Both the position numbers and the translations under genes were made by a program. The notes beneath the pieces are model-generated. The model saw only the letters and a list, made by a program, of their open reading frames with translations, had not been told where the DNA came from and made no database searches. A stretch of 60,769 nt of DNA, counting the filler, from Platydemus manokwari (taxonomy: Eukaryota): assembly GCA_037951405.1 (NCBI GenBank). It is 6 parts of 6 records of this genome, joined end to end, with 100 filler letters (N's around TTAATTAATTAA, not from the genome) between each part and the next. Parts side by side here need not be neighbours in the genome. Positions count along the whole stretch, not along the records: positions 20,219 to 29,347 come from JBBMOY011295317.1; positions 29,448 to 40,829 come from JBBMOY010715539.1; 4 more parts are not named here. One strand, 5' to 3'. Positions 26,976-39,908 of the stretch are shown in pieces. Position 1 is the first letter of the stretch. Every line of letters begins with the position of its first letter.

Positions 26976-29347
26976 AGATATAATAAAAATTATATTTAAA
27001 ATAAGATAAAGTGAAGTAATTTTTTAAACAAAATTTTAAAACAAAAAAAAACAAATTCTTTTATACTATTTTATGTTCATTCTTGTTTTGTTAACAAATG
27101 ATTGTCAAAATATTTAATGATATGAAAGATTTTGTTTGGCCTTTGTAGAATAACAATAATTTAATGTTTATTTTAAATTTCTCATTTACTGTATTGCAAT
27201 TTTATCGTTAATATCAAACTTCTATTTTTATTTATTTGTAAATCTGATGATGTTTTATTCGCTTCAATTGTTTCACTACTTTATTATTATTAAATATCAT
27301 TATTGTAATTCTATTTCATATACTATTTGTTTAATACTGCACTTATTTATTTTATATTTATTTATTATTTTATTTTACTTTAAATATTATTTAATATTTT
27401 AATTATTTTAATTCAATCTTCGTCGTCTGTTTTAGTTTTCTAATTTGACAATGTAATAAGATAACACGTAATTCAACATATTCATGTATTAAGAGAAATA
27501 GCTATTCTAGAAATATTTTTATCGAATAAAGAATGATAATTATTGACAAAATATTATTAAGTCGCATCATACCAATATATTCGTTAACAATAAAAAGAAA
27601 AGCTTATCAATAAAATTGTTATTTGAAATGTTAGATTTGGTTGAGTTGGAATTTGTAGTATAGTTATCAAATATTTGGAATCCGACTAGGATCAAATTTG
27701 ATAATTTGCTTGCTTTTGGGTTAATATTTTAGTTATTATATTTAATATTTATGATGTTTGGTTTGTTGATGTTGAGTTATATGTATCTTTTAACATCACC
27801 ATGAGGACCTCACAAATGTCACCACTGTTATAAGAATTTAAAATTTGTGGTACTCCTAGAATCCGCTTCTTGACTGAGCTTCATTCACTGACTGTTCAAA
27901 TCAATAACTAAGGTTACAATTAGGCATTAGTAAATTTTTCAATTTGTGTTGATATCATTGAAATTCTGTTCCCATGTACCTATATCGGGCATAAGAAATT
28001 AACTTTGTTTAGGTCATACATCTGCTACTACTGGAGAACATTGCACAGGTGAAGTTTCCTCGTTTTTCAAACAGTCATTATATTCATGGAGGGAGTATTC
28101 TAATTTAACACAACTATATATTAATCGTTTTCTTGCTGGACATTCCATTTTTCTGCATTTTCCTGTTCATTATTTCGGTTCCTTTATGTAGTCATCTGCA
28201 TTAGCAGTTTCAATTTGATAGCTTGTTATTCCAATGTGGTTTGCTATGATTAAGTTGTCTACCATTGACTTTGATTTTCTTGATACAATTCTTTTTCAAA
28301 TCTTATATATTCTATTTACTGAAATGTTGAGTGATCATATAATCCATGATCTCTTGGCATCTATCAATTTTTAATTCTTTTGTTCGTCTTCCAGCCTAGT
28401 GAGCATCTTAATTTTTGGTTTACCATGCTCCTTGATTAAAGGTCTTTGCAAATGTGGTAATCGAATCTAACCAATATATAACTGCAGCTGCTATCCTTAA
28501 TTAGTGCATCTGATCTCTTCAAACTTTCCTTCTCCCCTTTTTGTTGATTTGAGTTTTAATTTGTTGTAATATCACGTACTAAATCTAATGCGGAGATCTC
28601 TTAGTTTTGAAATTCATGTCACATTCGATTTATTCATGATACTAAAAGCAAAATGAGCATTTACAACTTGGTTCACTTTCAGGACTACAGAATTTTGAAT
28701 ATCCTTATTTCTAATGGTTTCATTTTTTTGAAGATTATGACATATGATAATTATTCTTCTTAACAGCGTCATTAAATGTATGTTAATCCTTTAGACATCC
28801 GATAGAATTTTTAATTTTTAATTTCTTAATTCACTTAGAAATGTATTGGATTATTCCAGCTCTTGGATACATATTTGGACCGCAGAAAATTTTTCTTTCG
28901 TAATATACGAATTCCACCCAGAAAGGGATTATATCCGCCATAGAATTCAGATGTTTTTTAGGGTCTAAAAATTATATTTTTTGTTTCTCTTCTTATTCGA
29001 TTAGATTTATTTGTGTTTTTTTACTTATTCTATTTTATAAATTTTATTACAACTAAATTTATTTTATTTTATTTTACTTCAACTAAACTAGTTTTACAAA
29101 TTTTATTCCTATTTTACAAAAAAATATCATAACTTCAAAAACAACAAAATAATAACAAAGAAACTAATATTGAACAATAATAAATAATGAAGAACTAAAT
29201 AATAGATTAATTAAACTATAATCAACTGCACATAGATATTGAAAGATCAATAGCCAAAACAATCAGATGATGCGTTTTGGGGTCACTCTCTTTTCTTGTT
29301 ATTATTATTTGTTTGTTTTAATTGATTGAATCGATTCTACGACTTAA

Positions 29348-29447
29348 NNNNNNNNNNNNNNNNNNNNNNNNNNNNNNNNNNNNNNNNNNNNTTAATTAAT
29401 TAANNNNNNNNNNNNNNNNNNNNNNNNNNNNNNNNNNNNNNNNNNNN
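29348..29447. other. Artificial contig spacer
   Basis: N44-TTAATTAATTAA-N44. Confidence 0.98.
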
Positions 29448-29563
29448 TTCTATGGCGCATATTTTATAAGGCTAATACATATGGGAATCCTAACTGGGTT
29501 ATATAGCAAAAGGAATTTTTACAACATATTTTTACAATTTGGTTTTGATTTTGATTAACTTAC

Positions 29564-29737
29564 AATTTATATTTTTGGAATGTTTGTACAATTTTTTGGT
29601 TATATTTTGAAATGCGAACTAAATGGGAATTTATATTTTTGGGATGTTTGTACAACTTTTTGGTTATATTTCGAGATGCAAACTAAATGGAGATTATGTG
29701 CTAGGTGGGTTAAATGGGGATTATGTGCTAGGTGGGG
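29564..29737. repeat. Adjacent tandem duplications (2x64 bp and 2x27 bp)
   Basis: 29564-29627 vs 29628-29691; TAAATGGRGATTATGTGCTAGGTGGG at 29684 and 29711. Confidence 0.9.
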
Positions 29738-29746
29738 ATCCCAACA

Positions 29747-30700
29747 CTACTTTGGGGTTTGAAAAGCCTCGTCCTCGTGGCTCTGGAACAGCTTACGGGG
29801 CTTGCCACGGACTTCTGCTTTTTTGTTATTTATCTTAAGGATGATGGGTGGAATGTGGGCCCATGGGATGCTGCTGTCTATGTCTACATCTGGGATGGCA
29901 TCCCATATCTCCATCGACGGCGTTTCCTTTTCTTCTGGTGATGGCGGCGGTGTCCCCATTTCCAGCTTTATCTCGAAGTCCTCTTCCTCATCTATTTCCA
30001 GGACTTCATCTGCGTCTACTTCCGGGGCTTCCTCCTTGTTTATCTCTAGGGCTTCATCCTCTTCTTCCTCCGGAGCTTCCTTTTCTTCCTTATCTGCTAG
30101 CCACTCTTTATAGCTTTTTATCGTGGCATCTATTTCCTGTGTTTCTTTATGTATTCTTCTCATTTCCTTCTGATCTTGTTTTAACTCCTTCATTTTTCCT
30201 TGTAGGGCATCCATAAGGTCCCACTTGTTCGTTATTTCCTTTGCCTTTTCCTCAAACTTTTCCATTCTTGCCTTCATCTCTTCTAACTTTTTCTGCATCT
30301 CCTTCTTTTCGTCCTTTGCCCTTTTTTCCCACTCAGATTCCTCTTCTTCTCTCTGCATTGCTTCTTCATACTCACAACTCCATCTTAGCAGCTCCTCCAA
30401 CTCTTCCTCCTCATTCCAACTACTAATATCGACATCCATGTCCTCTATTCCCAGGTCCATGTCCACCGTTTGCTCTACCAGCATCTGTTCCATTCCGCTA
30501 TGACTTGTTCCTGGCTCATCTTCTTCTCTGGGTTTCTTTCTTGGGCATTTCTCTATGGGGAACTGTTCTTCCCCCAAATGCTGTCGTATCATATGTTCGT
30601 ACGACCTCTTTGCCGCCATTGATTCCTTATCCCTCACTTCTTCATCCAATGGAATCAATCTCCAAGCTCGTTGCGGCGGCTCCCGCTCTTTTATTATCAT
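29747..30700 (-). CDS. Unknown acidic coiled-coil protein, 317 aa, intronless; probably viral or TE origin
   Basis: Long intact ORF, GC-richer than its flanks, E/K-rich heptads, internal 16-aa repeat (EAPEEEEDEALEI / EAPEVDADEVLEI). Confidence 0.65.
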   Translation of the reverse strand: MIIKEREPPQRAWRLIPLDEEVRDKESMAAKRSYEHMIRQHLGEEQFPIEKCPRKKPREEDEPGTSHSGMEQMLVEQTVDMDLGIEDMDVDISSWNEEEELEELLRWSCEYEEAMQREEEESEWEKRAKDEKKEMQKKLEEMKARMEKFEEKAKEITNKWDLMDALQGKMKELKQDQKEMRRIHKETQEIDATIKSYKEWLADKEEKEAPEEEEDEALEINKEEAPEVDADEVLEIDEEEDFEIKLEMGTPPPSPEEKETPSMEIWDAIPDVDIDSSIPWAHIPPIILKINNKKAEVRGKPRKLFQSHEDEAFQTPK

Positions 30701-31075
30701 TCATGGTTTGATGGGTGCGGGATCTACCCATTCTAAAACCTCTTTTGTCTTTTCCGTTTCTTCCTCTTCGTATCTCCGGACCTTCTCTTTCCAGCGGTTG
30801 TCCTGATTATCATCTTCATGGTCCTTCCATTCCTTTTCAACCGCTTTATATACTGCCTGGACTCCTGCTATTATGTCCAGCAGTTCCCCCTGTCTCATCC
30901 TCCGTCCTAAGATCCGATGATAAATATCTTGCAACCGATATGTTGTTGCAATCCTCTGCCGATGTCCCTCTCTCTGCATCCGGTCTTCATCAGCTGCTTT
31001 TTGATTAATTATTGGTGATCCATCCAAGTCTCGGATGCCAAGCACCTCTTCCAATCTTACTCCTATGGCCGTCAT
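30701..31075 (-). CDS. Unknown 124-aa protein directly upstream of the 317-aa ORF
   Basis: Intact ORF; its TGA abuts the next ATG (TGAATG); same elevated GC. Confidence 0.6.
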   Translation of the reverse strand: MTAIGVRLEEVLGIRDLDGSPIINQKAADEDRMQREGHRQRIATTYRLQDIYHRILGRRMRQGELLDIIAGVQAVYKAVEKEWKDHEDDNQDNRWKEKVRRYEEEETEKTKEVLEWVDPAPIKP

Positions 31076-31252
31076 TTTAATTCATTTATTAACATTATTT
31101 ATTGATTTTGAATCCATTTATCAATATCGTTTAATGATTTTGAATCAATTTATTAATATAATTTATTGATTTTGAATCCATTTATTAATATTATTTATTG
31201 ATTTTGAATTCATTTATTAACATTATTTATTGATTTTGAATTCATTTATTCA
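31075..31252. repeat. 32-bp AT-rich minisatellite, about 5.5 copies
   Basis: Unit TTTTGAATYCATTTATTAAYATTATTTATTGA at 31106, 31138, 31170, 31202 and 31234, plus a first copy overlapping the ATG. Confidence 0.92.
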
Positions 31253-32489
31253 TTTTTTAAATCAGGTTAATTTTTATTTATAAATTTATCGGTTTTACTT
31301 TTTAGTCATAACTTATCTAGTTCGACAGTTTTTCTATCACTTCAATAACGCTGATTACATAAACCTATGTTATCACAGAATTTCATATATTAATCTTTAT
31401 TATCAACATCAGGTCTAATTTTATTTGGATTCATTTTTGTTTTATTATTTTTTGTCTTTTCATCAGTCTCCGTGTGATATTGAGGCATATACAGGATATG
31501 GCTTTAAAAATTGATTATCACCAACTACTAATTTATTATAATCTTTCAGTGAGCGATCATTGAATTCGTTGCACTTTTATGATTTTCTTACGTTTATAAT
31601 TTTATATTATTTCCATATCAGTTTTGTATATTTTCAAAAACTCAATCCCTTGTCACGTTGCAAAATTTAAGTGAAATATTTTAATTGATTTTCTGTATAA
31701 TTTTTCATTTTTCTTTAAAGTAGTTCTTGATCACTCACTATACAGTAAAGTCCCATGATATAATATTGATTAAATGAGAAGATTAAAATCGCAATTATCT
31801 TCAAGATAAATATTTAGCCACCAACGCACCTGACTACTAATGTCATGATAGTTAGCTTTAAGATTTACTCGAGGCTCCATAATTTCACCTGTATATTATT
31901 TCAGTTAAACATCAATAGTTTTTGACATCATACGAGATTATCAAAGCCTTTTCAAAACCAACACACAGAATCAGGTTAACAACCAGCTCAGTCTAAAATT
32001 GATAAACCCTAGATAATGAGTTGTGCTCATTATCTCATATTTAATTTAAAACTGACACGCTGAAACTAAAAGATATAAAATTAAAAATATAAATATACAA
32101 CCTGTTTATATAAAATATACAACAAGAATATAAAGCATGAATATAATTACATAAAATATAAATATAATTAAAAAAAACGATAATAAATATAATAATAAAA
32201 ATTATAAATAAATATTGATTGAAAGTAAAGGAAAAATAAATAGTAATATTTTAGTAAAAATTAGAAAAAATATTAATTTATTATAATAAATTATAGTAGT
32301 TATGGTAGTTATGACAACGCGACATGTGTTTGATATTGAATTTGTAATAATTTTGGTAACGTGTTAAAAACATTCCATTTGCCTTTAAGATTCTCAGACT
32401 TTGGTTTTTGAATTGGAAACAGAAATGTTATACAGAACTCTTTTAATAGTTCATTTTCTCGAATGTAGAAAAGGTAGTGCAAGCCGCTA

Positions 32490-32645
32490 CTGTTTTATAA
32501 AACATGCCTTAAAAACGAGTTGCTCAGTCACGACACTAAATTATCAATTGAAAAAACATCATTTAAACAAATTTATGTCTTTCAATGTTAATTTAAACAA
32601 ATAATTTTAAATTTAAATTGTTAAATCCCCACAGGGAGAAAACAT
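32490..32645 (+). repeat. Dispersed repeat, related to 45195-45345
   Basis: Shared blocks TTTTATAAAACA, AAAACGA, GTCACGACACYAAATTAT and AAATYCYCACAG on two different contigs. Confidence 0.55.
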
Positions 32646-33900
32646 GACTTTTCATTCCTATTCCAATCACAAATCTTAATAGGATTTGGTAAATTTCAAT
32701 TTATTTTAATTCGTAATCGACCAAATAAACTCTTCACATCTAATAATATCATTTGTTTTCACAAAATATTTGTTTGAAAATCCAACCGTTTGCTTATGAT
32801 GTTAAAATCAAGGTCATTGAAATTTTCGAATAAATTGCAATTTGACCACTATCTCCAATAATCGATTTTTAAGAGGTTTTAAAGCTGTAGACTATTTGGC
32901 TTGAGTTAAGAAAATAGGTCTTTGACCTACTTTCGTAATAATGAGAGATAATTTTATAATTTAAGTTTACTCATACTCGTGATGTTTGATTTATTTGTAT
33001 AATTTAGTTAATATCTCACCATTTAGCATGTCCAATAAGGACAAAATATAGTTTTAATAACAAGTTCTCATTCTAATCAAAGCACCTCTTTACGATCATT
33101 TGAGTTTTCAAAAGTTAAATTTTTATAATTATAAATCGAGCTAGTTAATTAAAGGCATGTTTAATAATATCATTGTTTATTTTTATAAAATAATTCTAAA
33201 ACTAAAAATTGACAGCTTCCAATGTTAAAATAAATGGTTCTCGCTGATTTTCAAAAAATTGCAATACGACCTATTTTGATCCCTTTTTCAAATAATCAAA
33301 TTCTAGGACATTTTAAAGTTCTAGTTTATTTAATATTTGATTTCGAACAAATAAAATTTTTCTTAAGCGCTGAAATGAAAAATTCGACATGTTTTTAAAG
33401 AATATAATTAAATAAACTATATAGATTCTTGCAATACACTAAACTAATTTTAAAATTTACCTTAGGACATCTTCTTAACTTTAGCTGACTATTGGATGTC
33501 AAACAACTAAATTCATCTTAAATCAAAACTCGATGTGCTTTTAAAAAAGATTTGATTCGATTAATTTAAAGCTAAATATGAAGTCGGTGTAGACAAACCT
33601 GATATATTTTTAAATATCATTATATGTAAAGAATAGCAATAAAATACAGTATTTGCTAATTATGACATTAATCAGCTTCATTACTTAACAACGCATTACG
33701 GCTCTATGTCATTTAACTACGCACACACGTTGCAAGACAACTCCAGACAGAAAGCAGCATAAAAATCATTAAATTTATTAAAACATTGTATAAATATATT
33801 TCCAAAGGGTATTTCGACCAAACAAGCGAATAACATTAAGGATGGAAATCAAATCAAATCAAATTAATCGAGAATAAAATTCTCCAATATTATAAATTGA

Positions 33901-35840
33901 TCACGATTTCATATGATGAACTATAAACTTGTGCTCAAGTAATTCATTAACCGATGCTCTGACTTTAGAATTTCCTATCAAACACCTATCGATGAAATCT
34001 TTTAAATCTTTTGATCTGGTTTCGTGTAAGTCATAACTTATCTTTTCATATTTACCTATTTCAATCATTGCTTTCATTTCACTTTTACCATGGAAAGGTG
34101 AAAGGCCTGCAAATACAAATCGTTATACCGTTATGATATTAACAATAAATAAAATACCTGTAGCCATTTCTATTAATGTTGCCCCAAATGACCACACATC
34201 GGCTTGAATACCGTAAGGCTGGTTATTGCAGACCTCAGGAGCCATGTATCGATATGATCCAAGTTTTGATTGTTCAAACCCAGTTTGAAGAAATTTTTGA
34301 TCGCCACCATGAACATATTTAGCAACACCAAAGCTAGACAATTTGATATTTTCATTTCCATCCACCATAATGTTGGACGCTGTACAATATGAATAAATTT
34401 CATGAATATTTCTTTTATTTTACTTAAATATTACGTTTGACGTTTCTGTGAATGATTTTGTTCTTGTGAAGATGTTTTAGAGCTTCTAAGATTTGCTTTG
34501 CCCATTTTGCGATTGTATTTTCAGTTAAAAGTTTATCTTTATCCAAAAATTGCTTGATAGATCCCTACAAAGAATGGGTCAAATGATCACAATTACTGAT
34601 AACACATTTTAATTTACGTTCATCTTTTCCATGCCAATATAAAAATAGTCTTTGTCTTTAAAAACTCCTTTTAATTGGACAAACCTTGGATGTGATTTTG
34701 TTACTTGAAAGGTCACTATTTCGTTCAAAAACGCCTTGTTTTCTTTCAAATTTTTCATAGGTTCCAATGGGTATTTCTTTAAGATTATCTGTTCAGTTGT
34801 CCATGGATTTTGAACCTCTAAAATTTCGGAAATTTCGCCTGATTTAATGTTTTGACTTGAAATCTGTATGTTATTTATGCTAGAATAAAAAATGAGAAAT
34901 AATCTAATAATGTGTCATTGGTTACCTCATCAGACGGCAAAACGCCAGCTTAAAATCACTTTCGGTATCGATTTCAAAAATATATTCAGAATCTTTCAAA
35001 TTTCTTCTATTGTGGAACAGAATTAGATCATGAGCGTCTGATCCTAATTTGGCACCTAATTTCTGCTTGATTTGTAAAACGGATTCCATATTTAAATATT
35101 CAAATTCCATTGGTTCTACACCACCAAATATTGATTTAATTTTTACTTTTCCATTTTTCCTGAAAATTTAATTATGAAAATAAAATCAATAATCAGTTTA
35201 ATGCACTCTGCAATAATTTTCAGCCAATCATAATCTTCAAATGTTTTCAATTCTTTTGACTCATCCAACAATTCATCTGATTCTCGGAAAATGTGTGTTT
35301 TAGCATCGCTAACCAATCCGGAAATAATCAATCGTAAATCTGCAATTGATTGATTTTTGGTTATTTGAATCATTTCTGGAAGTCTGACATTTCCTCGCAA
35401 TTGTAATATAACAATGTCACTATTATCAACAAGATTTATCGATTATCTTTAATCAATATTCAATGAAACAAAACCTGGGATCCAAATTCTCATCCACTAT
35501 TCTGCAATGAACAACATTACGAGAAGAGGAAACATAATCGCACAAATATCGATTATCATCAAGATCTTTATCATCTAATTGCAATTTCATCAATTTGAAA
35601 TCGTATGAGTTAGAATTGAGCCATTTCGCGCAGATTTTCATTTTCACCTTTACTATATTATCGTCTTTATAGATTTCCAATTCTATCGACTTTTCCGAAA
35701 ATCCGATTCGAAATTCTATCAATAATCCATAAGGATCTAAACCAGATATGATTTTATTACTGACCAAACCAATTAATAAAATGAAGAGCAAAAGCTTATC
35801 TTGTACAACTGTCGTATTTTAACAATTTAAGCCATTCCAT
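33901..35840 (-). CDS. Three ubiquitin-like domains fused to an STE/MAP3K-like pseudokinase, at least 7 exons; start uncertain
   Basis: Splice phases are consistent from about 35736 to the TGA at 33901. Kinase subdomains: IILKK, FLNE, HPRFV, HRNVKPSNIM, KLSSFG, YMAPE, ADVWSFG, RASVNELLEHKF. Three upstream exons of about 75-85 aa show a UBL-like pattern (e.g. SVLQIKQKL..LILFHNRRNLKD). Confidence 0.85.
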
Positions 35841-38800
35841 ACCAACACAACCATACAGGCATGGCAATCAACCAATCACAGATGACTTAGATAGGAAATG
35901 ATAATTTGAAAAGGCGACGAGCCATACAATAACACACAGATAAGGGTTGACCAATCCCGAGATTACAAAAACCAACAGGTCCAATAGAAACATTAGAAAT
36001 GAAATGACAAATCAAAATTTGATAAGAACGTGATACAAAAATTGCACCCATGGTCTCGAGTATAAATAACCAATGTAAAGATGGTCAAGTTTTGGTTGCG
36101 TTTATGAGATATTGTATTGAGTTTTAGAGAATCGTACCGATTAGTACGTTTGACGATATAGATCTTGGAACTTTCTATTTTCGGTGTCTGCAGTTATTTG
36201 GTTATCGAGAATTTAGTACCAGCGGTTGTGTCGAATGATTGATTATATATACAGCATGTTAAGGTTCGATAATAACCCTGATCTTAAAGATGCTTCAGGC
36301 CACCAAATCGTGTTATTTAAAGAAGAAATTCATGCTTTTGAATTGATAGAGATAACCGGAAATTATAAATATCAAAATCATTAAAAACAATAATCGATCT
36401 AAATATATATATATTGCATCACAGTGCGTGTTGATAACTAATTGATGACAATAAAACCGAACCCAAGACTTGGTCGCTTAAGGAAATTAGGACAATATAT
36501 ATATAGAATTATAATAATGTACCTTTTCAGATTTTTTAATAAATCTATATCATGGAATTGATTTAATAATATGAAAATAAAACTTAAAGTTAAAAATTTT
36601 CACTAACATGAATTATTCGGCGGAAGAATAGGCCTATTCATTGTGTCATTTCCATCTATAGAAGAAAAGAAAAGTTTATTGATTATGCATATATCCGCAA
36701 ATATTGATTATCATTAAACTAACCTATATTCAACTTATTGCAAATGTTGTCAACCTTACAATCTAAATCAGTGTCAAAGATATATCGATAATAAAATAGA
36801 ATAACTTATTTCTACAAGTAATTTATCCAACAGCACATGATCTATGATTTTGTGATCTATAATAATAATAATCGATAAATACTGAAATATTTATTGATTT
36901 GGAATGATGATAATGAGAAAAACAAACCACATAATCACCGTTTAATATATAAGCATGTGATATATTGTTCCTAAGCTATTAGAATTATTTATTTCGTCAA
37001 ATATTTTCCGATAATCAATATCAAATTGTCAATAAATATTTTTAAATTCACTGATCTAAATCGATTTGAAGTGTTAAAAAATCATGTTATGAATCATTTT
37101 GAAAATGATTCACGTAAACGATTGTGAATCATGTAGACAAAATAGGTGATATTTTAGTATTAAAACCAATACCACAAATATAAAGGAATAATGTCATGGC
37201 AGGAAAATATTGAAATGGTTCGAGAAATTATCAACATCATCCAATAAAACAGGTAGATAAAATCGATGAATAAGAACGGTGTCATGAAGTACAATTCAAA
37301 TGACATTCAAAATGAAAAATAATGCCATGTTTACTGACTGATTAATATACACGATCAATATATACGATAAATGATGAATTAAGTAAGAAAGAAGATAGAT
37401 ATAATCAAGTCATTTCAAATGTCTTTTAGTTTGATTCTAAAGATTTAGAATCCATTCATTGATCTCTAAGATCGATTCTATGAAATAATCAATGACAAAC
37501 AAATTACACTTATCGATTATTTATCTTTAATCATAATATTAAAATAAACAGGTGAAATACTTTCATATTGGAGTAGATCGACGTTCTCATAATCTTGATT
37601 ATTTTCTGAATGAAACAAGAATTAAAAAAATATCGATTATAAAAAATCAATTGTGTGTAATATATGGTAACTGCTCATAAAAACGGAAATGAAATCACAG
37701 ATTTTAAATGGAGGGAAATGGTAAATTTGAGTACAAAAACTGAACAGATTTTATAGGCAACAAATCTTATTTGTTGTATTTTTGTAAATCTGAATTGCAC
37801 ATTGCAAAATCAAAGGATCAAGTAGAAGAAACTTACAATATATGGATGAATATAAAGCGAAAAATTATCGATTGAATTGTTTAATCTAAAAAAATATGAA
37901 AATATTGTCAAATAATTTTATTAAAATTTAAGTTTTTTCATTACAAGATAAATGAAGGTAAATCAATAAAATATCTCGATTGATTTCAGAAAATCGATCG
38001 AAGAAGACATAAATGAGAATTTTGAATAAAACATTGAGTATTAATTAAATCTTTATTTTCAAATCAATACAGGCTCGGGTGAATTCAGAATTGATTTTCC
38101 AAGCTCGACAATGAGGTATTATGTTTTTATCATCACAACTTATTGTTATTAATGGAAGGCATGGAAAGCATTCCTTGATTTCACATATTTCTGTAATTTC
38201 GAACATCTATGATTTTATTGAGATTTCAACACACATAAATTCGTACGACGGCAATTTCTCCAGCATTGAGATTCTTGTGACCCTTACTTACAGACGAATA
38301 TCAGCTGATAGACAGGTCTTATGATATGGATATGCCTTCTGCACCTTTCCCCATTGTGTGCTGATTTTATTCATAAATTCCGATAAACATTATTAAAGAT
38401 ATTTTTAATTCACTTCTTATTGATCTATTTTTGAAAAAATATTTTTCATATGAACTGAGTTCGATAAAAATTGCTGATCATCTAACAAATTGTATCTCGA
38501 ATATTAATTTGAAATACTCCAGTTCAAGAAACGCAATTCTAATAATCAACTTCTTGTTTACACAAATCAAAGAGGTCGGTCTGATCGGTATAATCTTTTC
38601 CTGATTCAAGGGAACTGATCACAGTATTCCTAGGAAACTAGAAATTGAACAAAGAAGATCAAAGGTATTACAGAATCAGCAAAGGCCAACAGTTCCATTT
38701 CAAGTTCAATGCTTATACCAGCACCAAATCTGATCGGATGCCGCATGTGAACCGCTCTTGACTGACCATAGCAGAAAAGTGAAGAAATAATGAGTAAACA

Positions 38801-39198
38801 AGAGCCGCATTATCATTACCAGTGATGTCTGCACCAATATTCAGGTAAGATCAATTTCAGGTATCCATTTTATTGAATTAAAAGTAATTTTTATATTATT
38901 GTCCTTCAGAAGGAGAAATTTAATTCACATTTATCGGGAAGAAATGGGTATTCTCATGATATTGCTAGGATAAATAGAGCCAATAATAGAAATGAGTAAC
39001 AAGAAGAGTGAATGTCGGATACACATCCATATAAGGAGTAAGTTCTGCCCCAATAGGTACTTGTCCTTTAGAAGTTATCTCAGAATGGTTTCGTCAGCTC
39101 TTAGTTTAAAAACTCTCAGGAATAATGATATTTCGGGCCTAACAAGCTGTTTTATAGAGAACAGAATCATATAAAATTATCTATGGATACAAACTTAC

Positions 39199-39228
39199 GT
39201 GACCCAGTGGCCCGACCCTTGCGTTTGC
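39199..39228 (-). other. Candidate 30-nt micro-exon
   Basis: TTTTTTTAG|GCAAACGCAAGGGTCGGGCCACTGGGTCAC|GTAAGT: GC-rich with consensus splice sites. Confidence 0.5.
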
Positions 39229-39861
39229 CTAAAAAAATAATCATGGCTTGATAAAATTTTAACAAAACATATATAAAATTCTAAATAAAAATAAAAGCTC
39301 AAGGCATTACGGGATAGATTTATTGGTTACCAGATCGAAATATTATTGGAAAATATATTGATGTATTGAATAATATTGTGAATATAAAACCAGCATATTA
39401 TTTTATTTAAAGATTTCTCTTTACAATGGATATCTTAATGAAAATCATATTTCTGGATATTCCCAGCAATTATATTATCACTTGATTGATGACATAATCT
39501 CATTTTTAAAAATTACATCATCAAAATTTATTATTATCATCGTGCAATTCATTGTTATAGATGGGACTCACACGTTTATCACACCTACACCCACCCAAAC
39601 CCCCACACCAACACATATATATATATATAAAACAATTCAATAAATCAAATCAAATAACAATGCAATTAACGAACATTTAAAAATCCTCCTAAAGGATTGC
39701 CATATGATTTCAATAAACAAGAAAATCAGCAGCAACAGCACCAAAAGAACTAAAATGATATCAATGATATCTCACATAAGATTGAATAGATAATACAATC
39801 TCACATAAACAGATCATCACTTTGAAATCTCGATCTGAAATACAATCATAGCAATAAGATA

Positions 39862-39908
39862 TTGATTATTATTATTATTATTATTATTGTTATTATTATT
39901 ATTATTAT
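39862..39908. repeat. (ATT)n microsatellite
   Basis: Seen directly; similar tracts at about 14572-14600, 40788-40812 and 41662-41705. Confidence 0.85.

Noticed and set aside
29580-31008. Plus-strand Ser/Phe/Leu-rich ORFs
   Set aside because: Mostly antisense shadows of the Glu/Lys-rich minus-strand ORFs, plus read-through of the tandem repeats.
31075-31252. CRISPR-like array
   Set aside because: Head-to-tail repeats with no unique spacers, no cas genes, eukaryotic context.
37540-38850. Chain of exon-like segments on the plus strand
   Set aside because: Splice-like sites are present, but I found no stop-free consistent frame and no recognisable product.
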